Notes: generated by a model from the letters alone, not told the origin. 64,000 bases of DNA from Gammaproteobacteria bacterium (GCA_963662545.2 CAXXLL010000003.1:544001-608000), one strand, 5' to 3'. Positions 21,364 to 31,942 are shown, counted from the stretch's first letter. Translations and numbers: made by a program.

Positions 21364-22120
21364 GGCGAACCGATTCGATGCCGACGAGCTCGCACAAGTC
21401 ATCGACCAGGGTTCCGCCGAGTTCGACATAGCGCCCGGCGCGTAGATCCGTCGGCAACATGATGTTGCCGAATCTCACCCGCGTCAGCCGGCTGACTTTC
21501 ACCCCCTGCGATTCCCACAATTTTCGAACTTCACGATGACGCCCGCGCTGCACGAGACAGTAGTACCATCGGTTGGCGCCATTACCGTCTCCAACGACGA
21601 TGTCGTCGAAATGTAATCGCTCGCGATCGATATTCACGCCGTGACGCAAATTGGCGAGCATCGCATTGTCTACGCGACCGAAAACCCGCGCTGCATATTC
21701 GCGATCGACAGCGTGGCTCGGATGCATCAGGCGATGGGCGAGATCACCGTGATTGGTAAACAGGAGTAAGCCGCTGGTGTTAATGTCGAGACGGCCAACG
21801 TTGATCCAACGGCCGGGTTTGATCCGGGGCAAATCCCCGAAAACGGTCGGCCGCCCCTTCTCGTCACGCCGCGTGCAGACGACACCCGCCGGTTTGTTAT
21901 AGGCCAGCACGCGCAAGTCGTGACGCTGCGGTTCGATCCGCAGAGCACGTCCTTTGTCCAGCTGAACGCGATCACCCGGTTCGACCCGCGCACCGAGTTC
22001 GGCGAGTTTTCCATTGATCCGGATCCGACCCGCGCCGATCCAGCGCTCGATCTCGCGCCTTGAGCCCCAACCCGCGCGGGCCAGCACTTTATGCACGCGC
22101 TCGCCGGAGGGTGTGACCAT
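21338..22120 (-). CDS. rluB: 23S rRNA pseudouridine synthase, RluB-type
   Basis: N-terminal S4 domain, YNKPAG, VGRLDINTSGLLL, REYAARV; scpAB-rluB synteny. Confidence 0.88.
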   Translation of the reverse strand: MVTPSGERVHKVLARAGWGSRREIERWIGAGRIRINGKLAELGARVEPGDRVQLDKGRALRIEPQRHDLRVLAYNKPAGVVCTRRDEKGRPTVFGDLPRIKPGRWINVGRLDINTSGLLLFTNHGDLAHRLMHPSHAVDREYAARVFGRVDNAMLANLRHGVNIDRERLHFDDIVVGDGNGANRWYYCLVQRGRHREVRKLWESQGVKVSRLTRVRFGNIMLPTDLRAGRYVELGGTLVDDLCELVGIESVRHETRSRRA

Positions 22121-22127
22121 CCGCGCC

Positions 22128-22877
22128 TCAGCGCGCGGCTGCGGACGGTTCGACCTCGTCTACCGCGGCCTCTTCCTCCCGCCCGCCGTGCTCATCGGTC
22201 TCGACTTCGCCGCCGGAGTGCGCGGTGGTGATGTTTTTGATTTCCACCGTGGCCCCGTCCACAGCTTGAGCTTCCACGAGACCGGATCCGGCCGGCTTTG
22301 TATCGTTCGTGCCCAGATCAGCGAACAGGTCGGCATTGAAATCATCGACATCCTTTAACTGGGCCAGAGTCGGCATTTCCTCGAGCGATCTCATGCCGAA
22401 ATAGTCCAAAAACTGCTTGGTCGTCGCGTACAGGCCGGGATGTCCCGGCACGTCCCGGTGGCCGACGACCCGCACCCATTCCCGTTCCAGCAGGGAACGC
22501 ATGATGCTGGTACTAACGGCAACGCCGCGGATGTGTTCGATCTCTCCGCGCGTAATCGGCTGCCGGTAAGCGATGATGGCGAGCGTTTCCAGCAGGGCGC
22601 GTGAGTAACGCGGCCGCCGCTCCTCCCGCAGCCGCACGATGCGATCCCCGTAATCCGCGCGCGCCCGAAAGCGATAACCACTCGCCACCTCAATCAGCTC
22701 TACGCCGTGCCCGGAATAATCCTCCCGCAAGCCTTCGATAATTTTGCAAACTTCTTCCTTTGTCGGAAGATTGGAATTCTCATCGTCGAGTAGCTTTATG
22801 AGCCGCTCGATAGATACCGGGCTGTCGGCGGCCATCAGTATCGCTTCGACCATCGGCTTTAATTTCCGCAGGTTCAT
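22128..22877 (-). CDS. scpB: SMC-Scp complex subunit ScpB (start taken at MNLRKL)
   Basis: EAILMAA, SRALLETLAIIAYRQPITRGEIE.IRGV, LYATT.QFLDYFG. Confidence 0.93.
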   Translation of the reverse strand: MNLRKLKPMVEAILMAADSPVSIERLIKLLDDENSNLPTKEEVCKIIEGLREDYSGHGVELIEVASGYRFRARADYGDRIVRLREERRPRYSRALLETLAIIAYRQPITRGEIEHIRGVAVSTSIMRSLLEREWVRVVGHRDVPGHPGLYATTKQFLDYFGMRSLEEMPTLAQLKDVDDFNADLFADLGTNDTKPAGSGLVEAQAVDGATVEIKNITTAHSGGEVETDEHGGREEEAAVDEVEPSAAAR

Positions 22878-22935
22878 CACTGATGCTCCCGGCGTTTCAA
22901 TAATCTGGTGAAAAACATCTTCCCGTGCAATTTCA

Positions 22936-23718
22936 CTAGGCTGCAAGTTTTACGTAAATCGGATCGCGCTCCGCATTCTGCACGATTTCGATCAAGGCTT
23001 CTTTGAGTAATTCGAGTATTGCGACCAAGGTCACGACGGCCCCAGCGCGGCCTTCCACGTGCGTGAAAAACTCGTGAAAGGCTGTGAAACGGTCGACCCG
23101 GGCCTTGTCAAGCACCTTGGACATGCGTTCACGCACCGACAGCGGTTCCCGCTGAATGCTGTGATCGGAAAACATCTCTGCACGTTTTAGAACATCGCGA
23201 AATGCATCAAGCAGCGCCTCGAGCGTTACGTCGGGCAGCGGCGGTGGCGTTGACTGGTGAAACTCGACGACGACTTCGTGCCATTCGCGTTCCATACGCG
23301 GTAATTCCGACAAATCCTCGGCTGCCTTCTTAAATCGTTCGTATTCTTGCAGGCGCCGTACCAGTTCGGCCCGGGGGTCTTCTTCTTCCTCTTCGCCGCG
23401 CGGCCGCGGCAACAGCATGCGGGACTTTATTTCCGCGAGCATCGCCGCCATGACGAGGTATTCCGCGGCCAGTTCGAGTTTCAATTCCTCCATCATGTCG
23501 ATGTAAGACATGTACTGTTCCGTAATACGGGCGATCGAAATGTCGAGAATATCGAGGTTTTGACGCTTGATGAGATAGAGCAGTAAATCGAGCGGACCCT
23601 CGAAAGCCTCGAGGAACACTTCCAGTGCGTCCGGCGGGATGTACAGATCCTTCGGCGGCTCCGTCACCGGATTGCCCTGGACGACGGCGAAAGGCATTTC
23701 AACCTGCGAGTGATACAT
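22936..23718 (-). CDS. scpA: Segregation/condensation protein ScpA
   Basis: FEGPLDLLLYLI, AEYLVMAAMLAEIKSRMLLP, DPRAELVRRL. Confidence 0.95.
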   Translation of the reverse strand: MYHSQVEMPFAVVQGNPVTEPPKDLYIPPDALEVFLEAFEGPLDLLLYLIKRQNLDILDISIARITEQYMSYIDMMEELKLELAAEYLVMAAMLAEIKSRMLLPRPRGEEEEEDPRAELVRRLQEYERFKKAAEDLSELPRMEREWHEVVVEFHQSTPPPLPDVTLEALLDAFRDVLKRAEMFSDHSIQREPLSVRERMSKVLDKARVDRFTAFHEFFTHVEGRAGAVVTLVAILELLKEALIEIVQNAERDPIYVKLAA

Positions 23719-23735
23719 CTACAGGTCCTGGCCTA

Positions 23736-24947
23736 CTAACGATACACCAGGTTCATTGCGTGGCGTACTTCTTCGAGCGTGTCACGCGCAACGTCACGCG
23801 CCGCCTCACAACCCTCGTCGATGACAGCCCTGACCGCATCCGGGTCACTCAAAATTTCTTCACTACGTTCCCGGATCGGCTGCTGTTCCTTCAGCACCGC
23901 GTCGATGATCGGCTGTTTGCAGTCCAGGCAGCCGATACCCGCCGTTACGCAACCTTCGCGTGCCCATTGACGCACTTCCTCGGTGGAATAGATTTTATGA
24001 AAGTTCCAGACCGGGCACTTATCCGGATCGCCGGGATCTGAACGCCTCACGCGAGCGGGATCGGTCGGCATCGTGCGTAATTTTCGGTTCACCTCTTCAG
24101 GTGATTCGCGCAGGCGTATCACATTGTCGTAAGACTTCGACATCTTTTCGCCGTCGAGGCCCGGCATCTTGGCTTCCGGCGTGAGCAATGCCTGCGGTTC
24201 GGGCAGGATGACCTTGCCGCCACCTTCGAGATAACCCAGTAAGCGTTCGCGATCGCCAAGGCTGATGTTCTGTTGCGATTCGATCAGTGCACGCCCTTTT
24301 TCCAGCGCCTCCCCGTCCCCAGCCTCCTGGTAGGCGCGGCGGATCTCAAAATAAAGCTTCGCGTTTTTCTTGCCCATTTTTCGCGCGGCCGACTCTGCTT
24401 TCTCCTCGAAACCGGGTTCACGCCCGTAGAGAAAATTAAACCGTCTGGCGACTTCGCGCGACATTTCGATATGGGCAACTTGATCCTCACCGACCGGCAC
24501 TTGCGCAGCTTTGTAGATGAGAATGTCCGCCGTCTGCAACAGAGGATAGCCGAGAAAACCGTAAGTCGACAGGTCGCGTTCCTTGAGCTTCTCCTGCTGA
24601 TCCTTGTAACTGGGAACGCGCTCGAGCCAGCTGATCGGCGTAATCATCGACAACAACAGGTGCAGTTCGGCGTGCTCTGGTACGCGGGACTGAATGAATA
24701 AGGTCGCCTCGCCCGGATTAATACCCACGGAGAGCCAGTCGACGACGATATCAAAGACCGTTTCGCTGATGATGCCCGTTTCTTCGTAGTTCGTCGTCAA
24801 GGCATGCCAATCCGCTACGAAGAAAAAACATTCGTACTCGTGCTGAAGCTGTACCCAGTTTTTCAGTACGCCGTGAAGATGTCCGAGGTGCAGCGGCCCG
24901 GTCGGCCGCATGCCCGAAAGGACTCGCCGGTTAACCGCGGGGTTCAC
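23736..24947 (-). CDS. trpS: Tryptophan--tRNA ligase
   Basis: SGMRPTG.LHLGH (HIGH), YPLLQTADIL, VPVGEDQ, KMSKS. Confidence 0.96.
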   Translation of the reverse strand: MNPAVNRRVLSGMRPTGPLHLGHLHGVLKNWVQLQHEYECFFFVADWHALTTNYEETGIISETVFDIVVDWLSVGINPGEATLFIQSRVPEHAELHLLLSMITPISWLERVPSYKDQQEKLKERDLSTYGFLGYPLLQTADILIYKAAQVPVGEDQVAHIEMSREVARRFNFLYGREPGFEEKAESAARKMGKKNAKLYFEIRRAYQEAGDGEALEKGRALIESQQNISLGDRERLLGYLEGGGKVILPEPQALLTPEAKMPGLDGEKMSKSYDNVIRLRESPEEVNRKLRTMPTDPARVRRSDPGDPDKCPVWNFHKIYSTEEVRQWAREGCVTAGIGCLDCKQPIIDAVLKEQQPIRERSEEILSDPDAVRAVIDEGCEAARDVARDTLEEVRHAMNLVYR

Positions 24948-25015
24948 AGGGAAATATCCTTTTCAATACGAGTACGGCTATCGCAAGTCGGCCGGCGACG
25001 TGAACTAGCACGGCA

Positions 25016-25663
25016 TTAGATACCGAGTCCGTCAAGAAGGCCCGCGATCCCGCGTAAAACCGGCCCAACGATACGCTGCAGCCCGCCGGACACCAACAAC
25101 AACACGACGAGCGCGAGTCCGAACATTTCAATGCGATTGTAACGGGCTGCTAGCCGTGGTGGCAGAAGGGCGGTGACGATTCGGCTTCCATCGAGGGGCG
25201 GGATCGGAATGAGGTTTATTATCATGATTGCTGCGTTGAATATTATCCCAGCCTGACACATGTAGATCAAAACACCTGACTCCAGGGGCGTGTGCCGAAG
25301 GACGAGCGCCAGCAAGGCCCATGAAGCGAGCATCAGGAGATTCGCACCCGGTCCGGCGGCCGCAACCATAGCAATACCGGGGCGTATGGGGTTTAGTCTG
25401 CTCCACTGCACCGGAACGGGCTTCGCCCACCCGAAAAAGATCTTCGTCTCAAAGAAGAATTCGCCTGTAAAATAGAGCGTTGCCGGCACCAAAAGGGTAC
25501 CGATGGGATCCACGTGCTTGAGGGGATTAAGCGACAAGCGCCCCCGGTCCGCCGCCGTCGTATCACCCAACTGCAGCGCTACCCAACCGTGCGCGATTTC
25601 GTGCACGGTGACGGCCAGAACGGCCGGTATCACCAGGATTAGAATTAAGACGACCTGTTCCAT
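25016..25663 (-). CDS. Site-2 protease (peptidase M50) family protein
   Basis: HEIAH zinc motif, AAAGPGAN, NLIPIPPLDGS. Confidence 0.92.
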   Translation of the reverse strand: MEQVVLILILVIPAVLAVTVHEIAHGWVALQLGDTTAADRGRLSLNPLKHVDPIGTLLVPATLYFTGEFFFETKIFFGWAKPVPVQWSRLNPIRPGIAMVAAAGPGANLLMLASWALLALVLRHTPLESGVLIYMCQAGIIFNAAIMIINLIPIPPLDGSRIVTALLPPRLAARYNRIEMFGLALVVLLLVSGGLQRIVGPVLRGIAGLLDGLGI

Positions 25664-25670
25664 TCAGCAC

Positions 25671-26303
25671 CTATCTCAGATCCGGTACGCGCGACACGTC
25701 GCCCTTGCCCGCCCTTATCATACTCGGCGCGCTGCCCGTCAAATCGATAATGGTGGTCATTTCGATTCCAATTGAGCCGGCATCGACGACGGCATCCAGC
25801 GTATGCCCTAAGGCGTCCGCTATCTCCGCCGGATCCGAGTACGGCAGGTCGATGGCGTCGTTCATCAAGGTCGAACTCAACAGCCCACCGTCATGTGTTT
25901 CGAACAGGGCCTGCAAATAAGGGTGCGAGGATATTCGTATACCAATTGTCCTGCGCCTTGGGTCCTGAAGCCGACGCGGCGTTTCACGCGTTGCCGACAG
26001 GATGAACGTGTATGGGCCGGGTGTCAGCATCCGAATCAAGCGGAAAGCAGCGTTCGAAACCTTCGCATATATCGCCAGATCGGACATATCCCGGCATAAC
26101 AGCGTGAAATAGTGGTCGCGTGTAAGATGGCGAATCTCCCTGATGCGGTTTTCTGCAAGCTTGTTTCCGACCGTGCAAACCAGTGAATAACAGGCATCGG
26201 TCGGGCACACGATAACGCCGCCGCGTTCGAGGATTTCCACTGTACGTGCCACGAGGCGCTGTTGTGGGTGCGAAGCGTGAACCGCGATGACAGTGGAATT
26301 CAT
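25671..26303 (-). CDS. yciO: YciO/Sua5/TsaC family protein (start taken at MNSTVI)
   Basis: GGVIVCPTDACY, LTPGPYTFIL, TIGIR, TTIIDLT; upstream of S2P-trpS. Confidence 0.8.
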   Translation of the reverse strand: MNSTVIAVHASHPQQRLVARTVEILERGGVIVCPTDACYSLVCTVGNKLAENRIREIRHLTRDHYFTLLCRDMSDLAIYAKVSNAAFRLIRMLTPGPYTFILSATRETPRRLQDPRRRTIGIRISSHPYLQALFETHDGGLLSSTLMNDAIDLPYSDPAEIADALGHTLDAVVDAGSIGIEMTTIIDLTGSAPSMIRAGKGDVSRVPDLR

Positions 26304-26545
26304 GGTGTACCTGACCGGCGCGCGCACCCTTAAATCTGGCCATGTACCCAAGCTTAAGGCACTATTGCACCGTGACGAATTGCCGCGAGTTTAACAGCCG
26401 CGTCCCGGTGCTCAAGTGTTCACAATAGAAACCCTATCGATGGCCTTAGCGCGCAGTGACGATTCCCCGGTGCTTCCGTTACCGAGGCAACCGACCCACG
26501 ACCCAGCGCCCGCGTCCGGGATCTTTTGCAACGCGTAATACGTGC

Positions 26546-26815
26546 GTGTCGGCACAACGCATTGAACTCATCCGCGCAGCTTTGCAGGCAATGTTGGCGC
26601 CGTTACATCTCGAAATCATCGATGAAAGCCATCATCACGCAGGGCACGCGGGAGCGCAGGACGGTAAGGGGCATTTTCGCGTCAGCATCGTGGCTGAATG
26701 CTTTGCTGGGGAAGCGCCGCTGCGACGACACCGGATGGTCTACGCTGCCGTGGACAAGCTGATGGTCACGGACATCCATGCCTTGAGCATCGACGCACGG
26801 GCGCCTGGAGAGTAA
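26546..26815 (+). CDS. bolA: BolA family protein
   Basis: IIDESHHHAGH, HFRVSIV, RHRMVY, IHALSI; GTG start inferred at 26546. Confidence 0.88.
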   Translation: MSAQRIELIRAALQAMLAPLHLEIIDESHHHAGHAGAQDGKGHFRVSIVAECFAGEAPLRRHRMVYAAVDKLMVTDIHALSIDARAPGE

Positions 26816-26865
26816 CAAACCGACGCCCGAAACTGGACGCATTGTACGGAGAGGGACTCGAAAGC

Positions 26866-27681
26866 TTGAAGCAACCGCCTGCCACCCCGCCGAAGATCCT
26901 GTGGGCGTCTCGCGACGCCGATTCGCACCTGGTGTGCGGGGACCACCTCGAGGTCATGCGATCCCTGGCCGATGCAAGCATCGATTGCATATGGACCGAT
27001 CCTCCCTACTTTCTTTCCAACGGCGGCACTACCTGCCAGGCAGGGCGCCGTGTAAGCGTCGATAAAGGGGAGTGGGATCAAAGCGGCGGTGTGGCCGCGG
27101 ATCACGAATTCCATCGTAGGTGGCTTGCGGAATGTCATCGCGTGCTGAAACCGACGGGCACGATTTGGGTCAGTGGGACGTATCACGTTTACTTGTCCGT
27201 CGGCATGGCGATGATGGAACTCGGCTTCCGGATGTTGAACGACGTCGTCTGGGAGAAACCCAATCCTCCGCCCAATCTGGGGTGTCGTTGTTTCACGCAC
27301 GCGACGGAAATCGTGCTGTGGGCCAGCAAAGCGCGCAAGGGCGCGAATGAACGCTACACGTTCAACTATGCCGACATGAAGAAGCTTAACGGCGGCCGGC
27401 AGATGAAAAACGTCTGGCGACTAACAGCGCCCGGCGGCAATGAAAAGATTCATGGCAAGCATCCCACACAAAAGCCGGTGGCGTTGATCGAACGCTGCCT
27501 GCTGGCGAGTACGCAGCCAGGCGACGTTGTGTTCGACCCGTTCGCGGGATCCGGCTCGACCGGCGTTGCTGCGCTTGCGTGCGGCCGGGTTTTTCTTGGA
27601 TCGGAAATTGACCCGCAGTTTGCTCGACTAGCAAGCCAAAGACTGCGTGCTGCCGACTCCGACGAGGTGCAAATCGGTTGA
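26866..27681 (+). CDS. Orphan amino-methyltransferase (N6-adenine/N4-cytosine, beta class, DpnA/M.DpnIIB-like)
   Basis: DPPY catalytic motif precedes HPTQKP and DPFAGSGST SAM motif; DPPYFLSNGG..C..G..VSVDKGEWD; TTG start at 26866 after GGAGAGGGA; stop overlaps dapE start. Confidence 0.88.
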   Translation: MKQPPATPPKILWASRDADSHLVCGDHLEVMRSLADASIDCIWTDPPYFLSNGGTTCQAGRRVSVDKGEWDQSGGVAADHEFHRRWLAECHRVLKPTGTIWVSGTYHVYLSVGMAMMELGFRMLNDVVWEKPNPPPNLGCRCFTHATEIVLWASKARKGANERYTFNYADMKKLNGGRQMKNVWRLTAPGGNEKIHGKHPTQKPVALIERCLLASTQPGDVVFDPFAGSGSTGVAALACGRVFLGSEIDPQFARLASQRLRAADSDEVQIG

Positions 27682-28808
27682 CGTCTCCAACCTTGGAACT
27701 AACCTGCGATCTCATTACATGCGAGTCAATCACCCCGGCGGATGCCGGGTGCCTGGGCTTGATTGAGGCGCGTCTCGTTGATCGAGGCTTCGCGGCAACG
27801 CGCTTGCCATCTGGCGAGGTCGACAACCTGTGGGCCATCCGCGGCAACGGCGGACCCGTCTTCGCCTTCGCGGGGCACACCGACGTCGTGCCGCCTGGCA
27901 GCCTCGAGTCCTGGCACACCCCGCCCTTCGAACCGGTCGTCAAGGACGGCCTGCTGTACGGACGCGGCGCGGCCGACATGAAGGGCTCTCTCGCCGCCAT
28001 GGTGGTCGCGGCAGAGCGGTTTCTCGACGCGCATTCGAACCACCGTGGATCGATCGCTTTCGTATTGACCTCGGACGAAGAAGGGCCGGCTGTCGACGGG
28101 ACGACCAAAGTTGTCGATTACCTCAAACAAAACGCCATCGAGATTCAATGGTGCGTCGTCGGCGAACCGAGCAGCGCTGAGCGTCTGGGCGACACAGTGC
28201 GCGTGGGGCGCCGCGGCTCTCTCAATGCGCGTCTGCTCGTACGCGGTGAGCAAGGCCATATCGCCTACCCGGAACGCGCTTCAAACCCGATACACAATTC
28301 GCTGGGAGCGCTGGCCGAGCTAAAATCCCACGTCTGGGACGGAGGCAACGAATACTATCCGCCAACATCATTTCAGATCTCGAACATCAACGCCGGAACA
28401 GGCATCGAGAACGTCATCCCGCAGGACCTCGAAGTCTTTTTCAATTTCCGTTATTCGACGGAGAACTCCGCCGCCACGCTGCAGCAGGGCGTCATCGAAA
28501 TCCTCGACCGCTTCGGTCTGGACTATGAATTGAATTGGCATCTATCCGGCGAACCGTTTTTGACGCCCGGGGGCGAGCTCGTCGAGACCGCTTCGCGCGT
28601 GATCCAAGACCTACTGGGGGTCTCACCAGAGCTTTCAACCGGCGGGGGCACGTCAGACGGACGATTTATCGTCCCCATGGGCGTTCAACTCATCGAGATC
28701 GGACCCGTCAATGCGACCATCCACAAGATCAACGAGTGCGTTGCCGTAAACGACCTGGATCGTCTGACGGACGTCTACGCCGCAATCCTGGAAAGGATGC
28801 TGGCGTAA
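27678..28808 (+). CDS. dapE: Succinyl-diaminopimelate desuccinylase
   Basis: FAGHTDVVP, GRGAADMKG, SDEEG, GRRGSL, GGGTSDGRF, TIHKINE. Confidence 0.95.
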   Translation: MTSPTLELTCDLITCESITPADAGCLGLIEARLVDRGFAATRLPSGEVDNLWAIRGNGGPVFAFAGHTDVVPPGSLESWHTPPFEPVVKDGLLYGRGAADMKGSLAAMVVAAERFLDAHSNHRGSIAFVLTSDEEGPAVDGTTKVVDYLKQNAIEIQWCVVGEPSSAERLGDTVRVGRRGSLNARLLVRGEQGHIAYPERASNPIHNSLGALAELKSHVWDGGNEYYPPTSFQISNINAGTGIENVIPQDLEVFFNFRYSTENSAATLQQGVIEILDRFGLDYELNWHLSGEPFLTPGGELVETASRVIQDLLGVSPELSTGGGTSDGRFIVPMGVQLIEIGPVNATIHKINECVAVNDLDRLTDVYAAILERMLA

Positions 28809-28811
28809 AGA

Positions 28812-28865
28812 AAAGGGGGTCAGACTACGTTTTCTCGTTGGAGAAAACGTAGTCTGACCCCCTTT
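28812..28865. repeat. Perfect 25-bp-arm REP-like hairpin, probable bidirectional terminator between dapE and aceA
   Basis: AAAGGGGGTCAGACTACGTTTTCTC-GTTG-GAGAAAACGTAGTCTGACCCCCTTT with A/T runs on both sides. Confidence 0.8.
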
Positions 28866-28870
28866 ATCTT

Positions 28871-30196
28871 CTACCGTATTTCGACAGCCTTTAATCCGGT
28901 CGCCGTCTTCGCGTCGCCGAACTGTTCTTCCTCAGTCGAGCCAGTTAACGCTGTAACCGAGGACTGGCCACCCTGGATCGCTGTGGTCACGTCGTCGAAA
29001 TAGCCCGCGCCGACTTCCTGCTGGTGGCTGGCGAAGGTGTAGCCGCGCTCCGCAGCCGCGAATTCACGTTCCTGTACCATTTCAACGTAGGCGGTCATTC
29101 CCTTGTCGACGTATTGGTTGGCCAGGTCGAACATGTTGTACCACATGTTATGTACGCCGGCTAAGGTGATGAACTGGTACTTGTAACCCATGGCACCGAG
29201 TTCGCGTTGGAACTTCGCGATGGTGGAATCGTCCAGGTTTTTCTTCCAATTAAACGAGGGCGAGCAATTGTATGCGAGTAGTTGATCCGGGAAATCTTTT
29301 TTAATCGCGGCGGCGAAGCGTTTGGCTTCGTCGAGATCCGGCACCGCGGTCTCGCACCACAACAGGTCCGCGTATGGCGCATACGACAAGCCCCGATCGA
29401 TCGCCTGATCGAGACCCGCGTTGGTGACGTAGAACCCTTCGGCGGTTCGATCGCCGGTGACGAAACGCCGATCGCGCTCGTCGATGTCCGAGGTTAGTAG
29501 AGCCGCCGCGTTGGCGTCGGTACGCGCCAACACGATAGTCGGTACGCCCATGACATCGGCCGCCAGACGCGCCGCGACGAGCTTTTGTACCGCTTCCTCG
29601 GTCGGGACTAAAACCTTACCACCCATGTGCCCGCATTTCTTCGCAGACGCCAGTTGATCTTCGAAGTGCACGCCCGCGGCACCGGCCTCGATCATGCCCT
29701 TCATCAATTCGTAGGCGTTGAGCACGCCGCCAAAACCAGCTTCTGCGTCCGCCACGATCGGTGCGAAGAAATCGATGTCGTCGCTGCCCTTCTGCCATTG
29801 AATTTCGTCGGCTCTTTTGAACGCGTTGTTGATACGGCGCACCATGGTGGGTACGGAATTCACGGCGTAAAGCGACTGGTCCGGATACATCGTCTCCGAA
29901 GTATTACCATCGGCCGCAACCTGCCAACCCGACAGATAAATGGCCTTGACGCCCGCCTTCACCTGTTGCACCGCCTGACCGCCGGTGAGTGCGCCGAGGC
30001 ACGGTACGAAATCTTCTTCGTTTACCAATGCCCAGAGCTTCTCGGCGCCGCGAGTCGCCAGGGTGTGCTCGATCTGAACGCTGCCGCGAAGACGGACCAC
30101 GTCTGCAGCAGCATAATTACGTGTAATGTGCCGCCAACGCGGATTGGACGTCCAGTCCTCTTCTAACCGCTCAGCTTGCTCCTCAATTGACGACAT
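28871..30196 (-). CDS. aceA: Isocitrate lyase (start MSSIEE after AGGAGA)
   Basis: KKCGHMGGK catalytic motif, [29 protein letters not shown]. Confidence 0.97.
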   Translation of the reverse strand: MSSIEEQAERLEEDWTSNPRWRHITRNYAAADVVRLRGSVQIEHTLATRGAEKLWALVNEEDFVPCLGALTGGQAVQQVKAGVKAIYLSGWQVAADGNTSETMYPDQSLYAVNSVPTMVRRINNAFKRADEIQWQKGSDDIDFFAPIVADAEAGFGGVLNAYELMKGMIEAGAAGVHFEDQLASAKKCGHMGGKVLVPTEEAVQKLVAARLAADVMGVPTIVLARTDANAAALLTSDIDERDRRFVTGDRTAEGFYVTNAGLDQAIDRGLSYAPYADLLWCETAVPDLDEAKRFAAAIKKDFPDQLLAYNCSPSFNWKKNLDDSTIAKFQRELGAMGYKYQFITLAGVHNMWYNMFDLANQYVDKGMTAYVEMVQEREFAAAERGYTFASHQQEVGAGYFDDVTTAIQGGQSSVTALTGSTEEEQFGDAKTATGLKAVEIR

Positions 30197-30217
30197 GCCT
30201 TTATCTCCTGCCAAGAA

Positions 30218-31822
30218 TTACAACAGACCATATGCTTCCAGAGTCAGAAATGCCGGTAGTTCGCTGCTGGTGACCACTCGATCGAGGACTTCTGCAGCCT
30301 GCCGGTACCGTCTATTTTCGTAGCGTTCGTCACCGACTTCGGCGCGGATCTCCGCGAGTTCCTCGGCAAGAATCTTGCGGAACATTTCCTCGTCTATATT
30401 TGTTCCGTCTTCCAATTCCACGCGCGGATGGTGGACCCACTGCCAGATTTGCGTGCGCGAAATCTCTGCCGTCGCGGCATCTTCCATCAAATTATTCAAG
30501 GGCACGCAGCCCAGGCCCGATAGCCACTCTTCGGTATAGCGAACCGCGGCGGCCACATTCGTTTTGAGCCCGCGCATGGTAATACTACCTTCCGGCACCT
30601 TTAATAAATCGGTTTGGGTGACCTGCACGTCCTCCCGCTTTTTCTCTATCTGGTTGGGACCCGGCATGTACTGATCGAAGACTTCCATGGCGATTGGGAT
30701 GAGTCCCGGATGCGCGACCCAGGTACCGTCGTGCCCGTTTTCGGCTTCACGACGTTTATCGGCGCGAACCTTTTCGAGGGCCTCCTCGTTGGCTTGCGGA
30801 TCATTCTTGATCGGAATCTGCGCGGCCATGCCGCCCATGGCATGGATGCCCCGGCGATGACAGGTCTTGATCAAGAGCTGGGAATACGACTTTAGAAAAT
30901 GCACCGTCATGCCGACCTCGCTGCGGTCCGGCAGGATGAAATTCGGAAGATTACGGAAGCATTTGATGAAGCTGAATATGTAATCCCAGCGGCCACAATT
31001 GAGTCCGGACGAGTGATCCCGAAGCTCCCAGAGGATCTCGTGCATTTCAAACGCCGCGGGAATGGTTTCGACGAGAACCGTCGCCCGTATTGTCCCGCGC
31101 GGCAGGCCCAGATCGTCCTGGGCAGAATTGAAGACATCGTTCCACAATCGCGCTTCGAGATGACTCTCAATCTTGGGGAGATAGAAATACGGACCCGCAC
31201 CCTTGTCCGTCAATTTACGAGCATTGTGGAAAAGGAAAAACCCGAAATCGACCAGCCCCGCGGCGATCGGGGCGCCGTTCATCAGCAGATTCTTTTCGCT
31301 GAGATGCCAGCCCCGAGGCCGGACCAGCAGAACCGCGGGATCATCGTTCAGGCGATATTGCTTGCCCTGTTCGTTCACGAATTCAATCGAGCCGTCGACG
31401 GCATCGATGAGGTTGACTTGTCCGTCCATCATGGCCTGCCAGGTCGGGCTGGATGAATCCTCGAAATCGGCCATGAAAGTCTTGGCGTCGGAATTGAGCG
31501 CGTTGATGATCATTTTGCGCTCAACGGGACCGGTGATCTCGACGCGGCGATCTTGCAGGGCGGGCGGAATTGCGGCCACGGACCAATCTTGATCCCGAAT
31601 TTCACGCGTCTCAGGCAGAAAATCCGGGAGTTGGCCACGGTCGAATTCAGCCTGGCGCACAATACGACGGGCCAAGAGATCTTCACGGCGAGCAGAAAAC
31701 TTACCCACCAGATTGGCGACGAAAGAGAGCGCATCGGGTGTCAGAACGCGGTCGTATTCCGGGCTCAGGGCACCTTTTACCTCGATCCTAGAAATTTCGC
31801 TGGTCTGTAAGGTCGAACTCAT
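30218..31822 (-). CDS. aceB: Malate synthase A
   Basis: RRVEITGP, GLNCGRWDYIFS, LMEDAATAEISR; 534 aa. Confidence 0.96.
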   Translation of the reverse strand: MSSTLQTSEISRIEVKGALSPEYDRVLTPDALSFVANLVGKFSARREDLLARRIVRQAEFDRGQLPDFLPETREIRDQDWSVAAIPPALQDRRVEITGPVERKMIINALNSDAKTFMADFEDSSSPTWQAMMDGQVNLIDAVDGSIEFVNEQGKQYRLNDDPAVLLVRPRGWHLSEKNLLMNGAPIAAGLVDFGFFLFHNARKLTDKGAGPYFYLPKIESHLEARLWNDVFNSAQDDLGLPRGTIRATVLVETIPAAFEMHEILWELRDHSSGLNCGRWDYIFSFIKCFRNLPNFILPDRSEVGMTVHFLKSYSQLLIKTCHRRGIHAMGGMAAQIPIKNDPQANEEALEKVRADKRREAENGHDGTWVAHPGLIPIAMEVFDQYMPGPNQIEKKREDVQVTQTDLLKVPEGSITMRGLKTNVAAAVRYTEEWLSGLGCVPLNNLMEDAATAEISRTQIWQWVHHPRVELEDGTNIDEEMFRKILAEELAEIRAEVGDERYENRRYRQAAEVLDRVVTSSELPAFLTLEAYGLL

Positions 31823-31927
31823 TGGTCTGTCGACGCCTCCAACTTACCGGTAGCCCCGGGCGGCGCGCATCCTCTCAACGTCTGCGGGGCGCTTTGCCGG
31901 AGGCGAAAAATGATCGTCGAAAAGTAC

Positions 31928-31942
31928 GCTGCAGTGCACCAT
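31928..31942. promoter_or_regulatory. Candidate operator GCTGCAGTGCACCAT upstream of aceB
   Basis: TGC-repeat palindrome-like motif in the aceB/clpS divergent spacer, resembling PhaR-type boxes (inference). Confidence 0.25.

Noticed and set aside
23736-24947. About 70-aa insertion in TrpRS
   Set aside because: It resembles the long TrpRS form I recall from beta- and some gammaproteobacteria; catalytic motifs are intact
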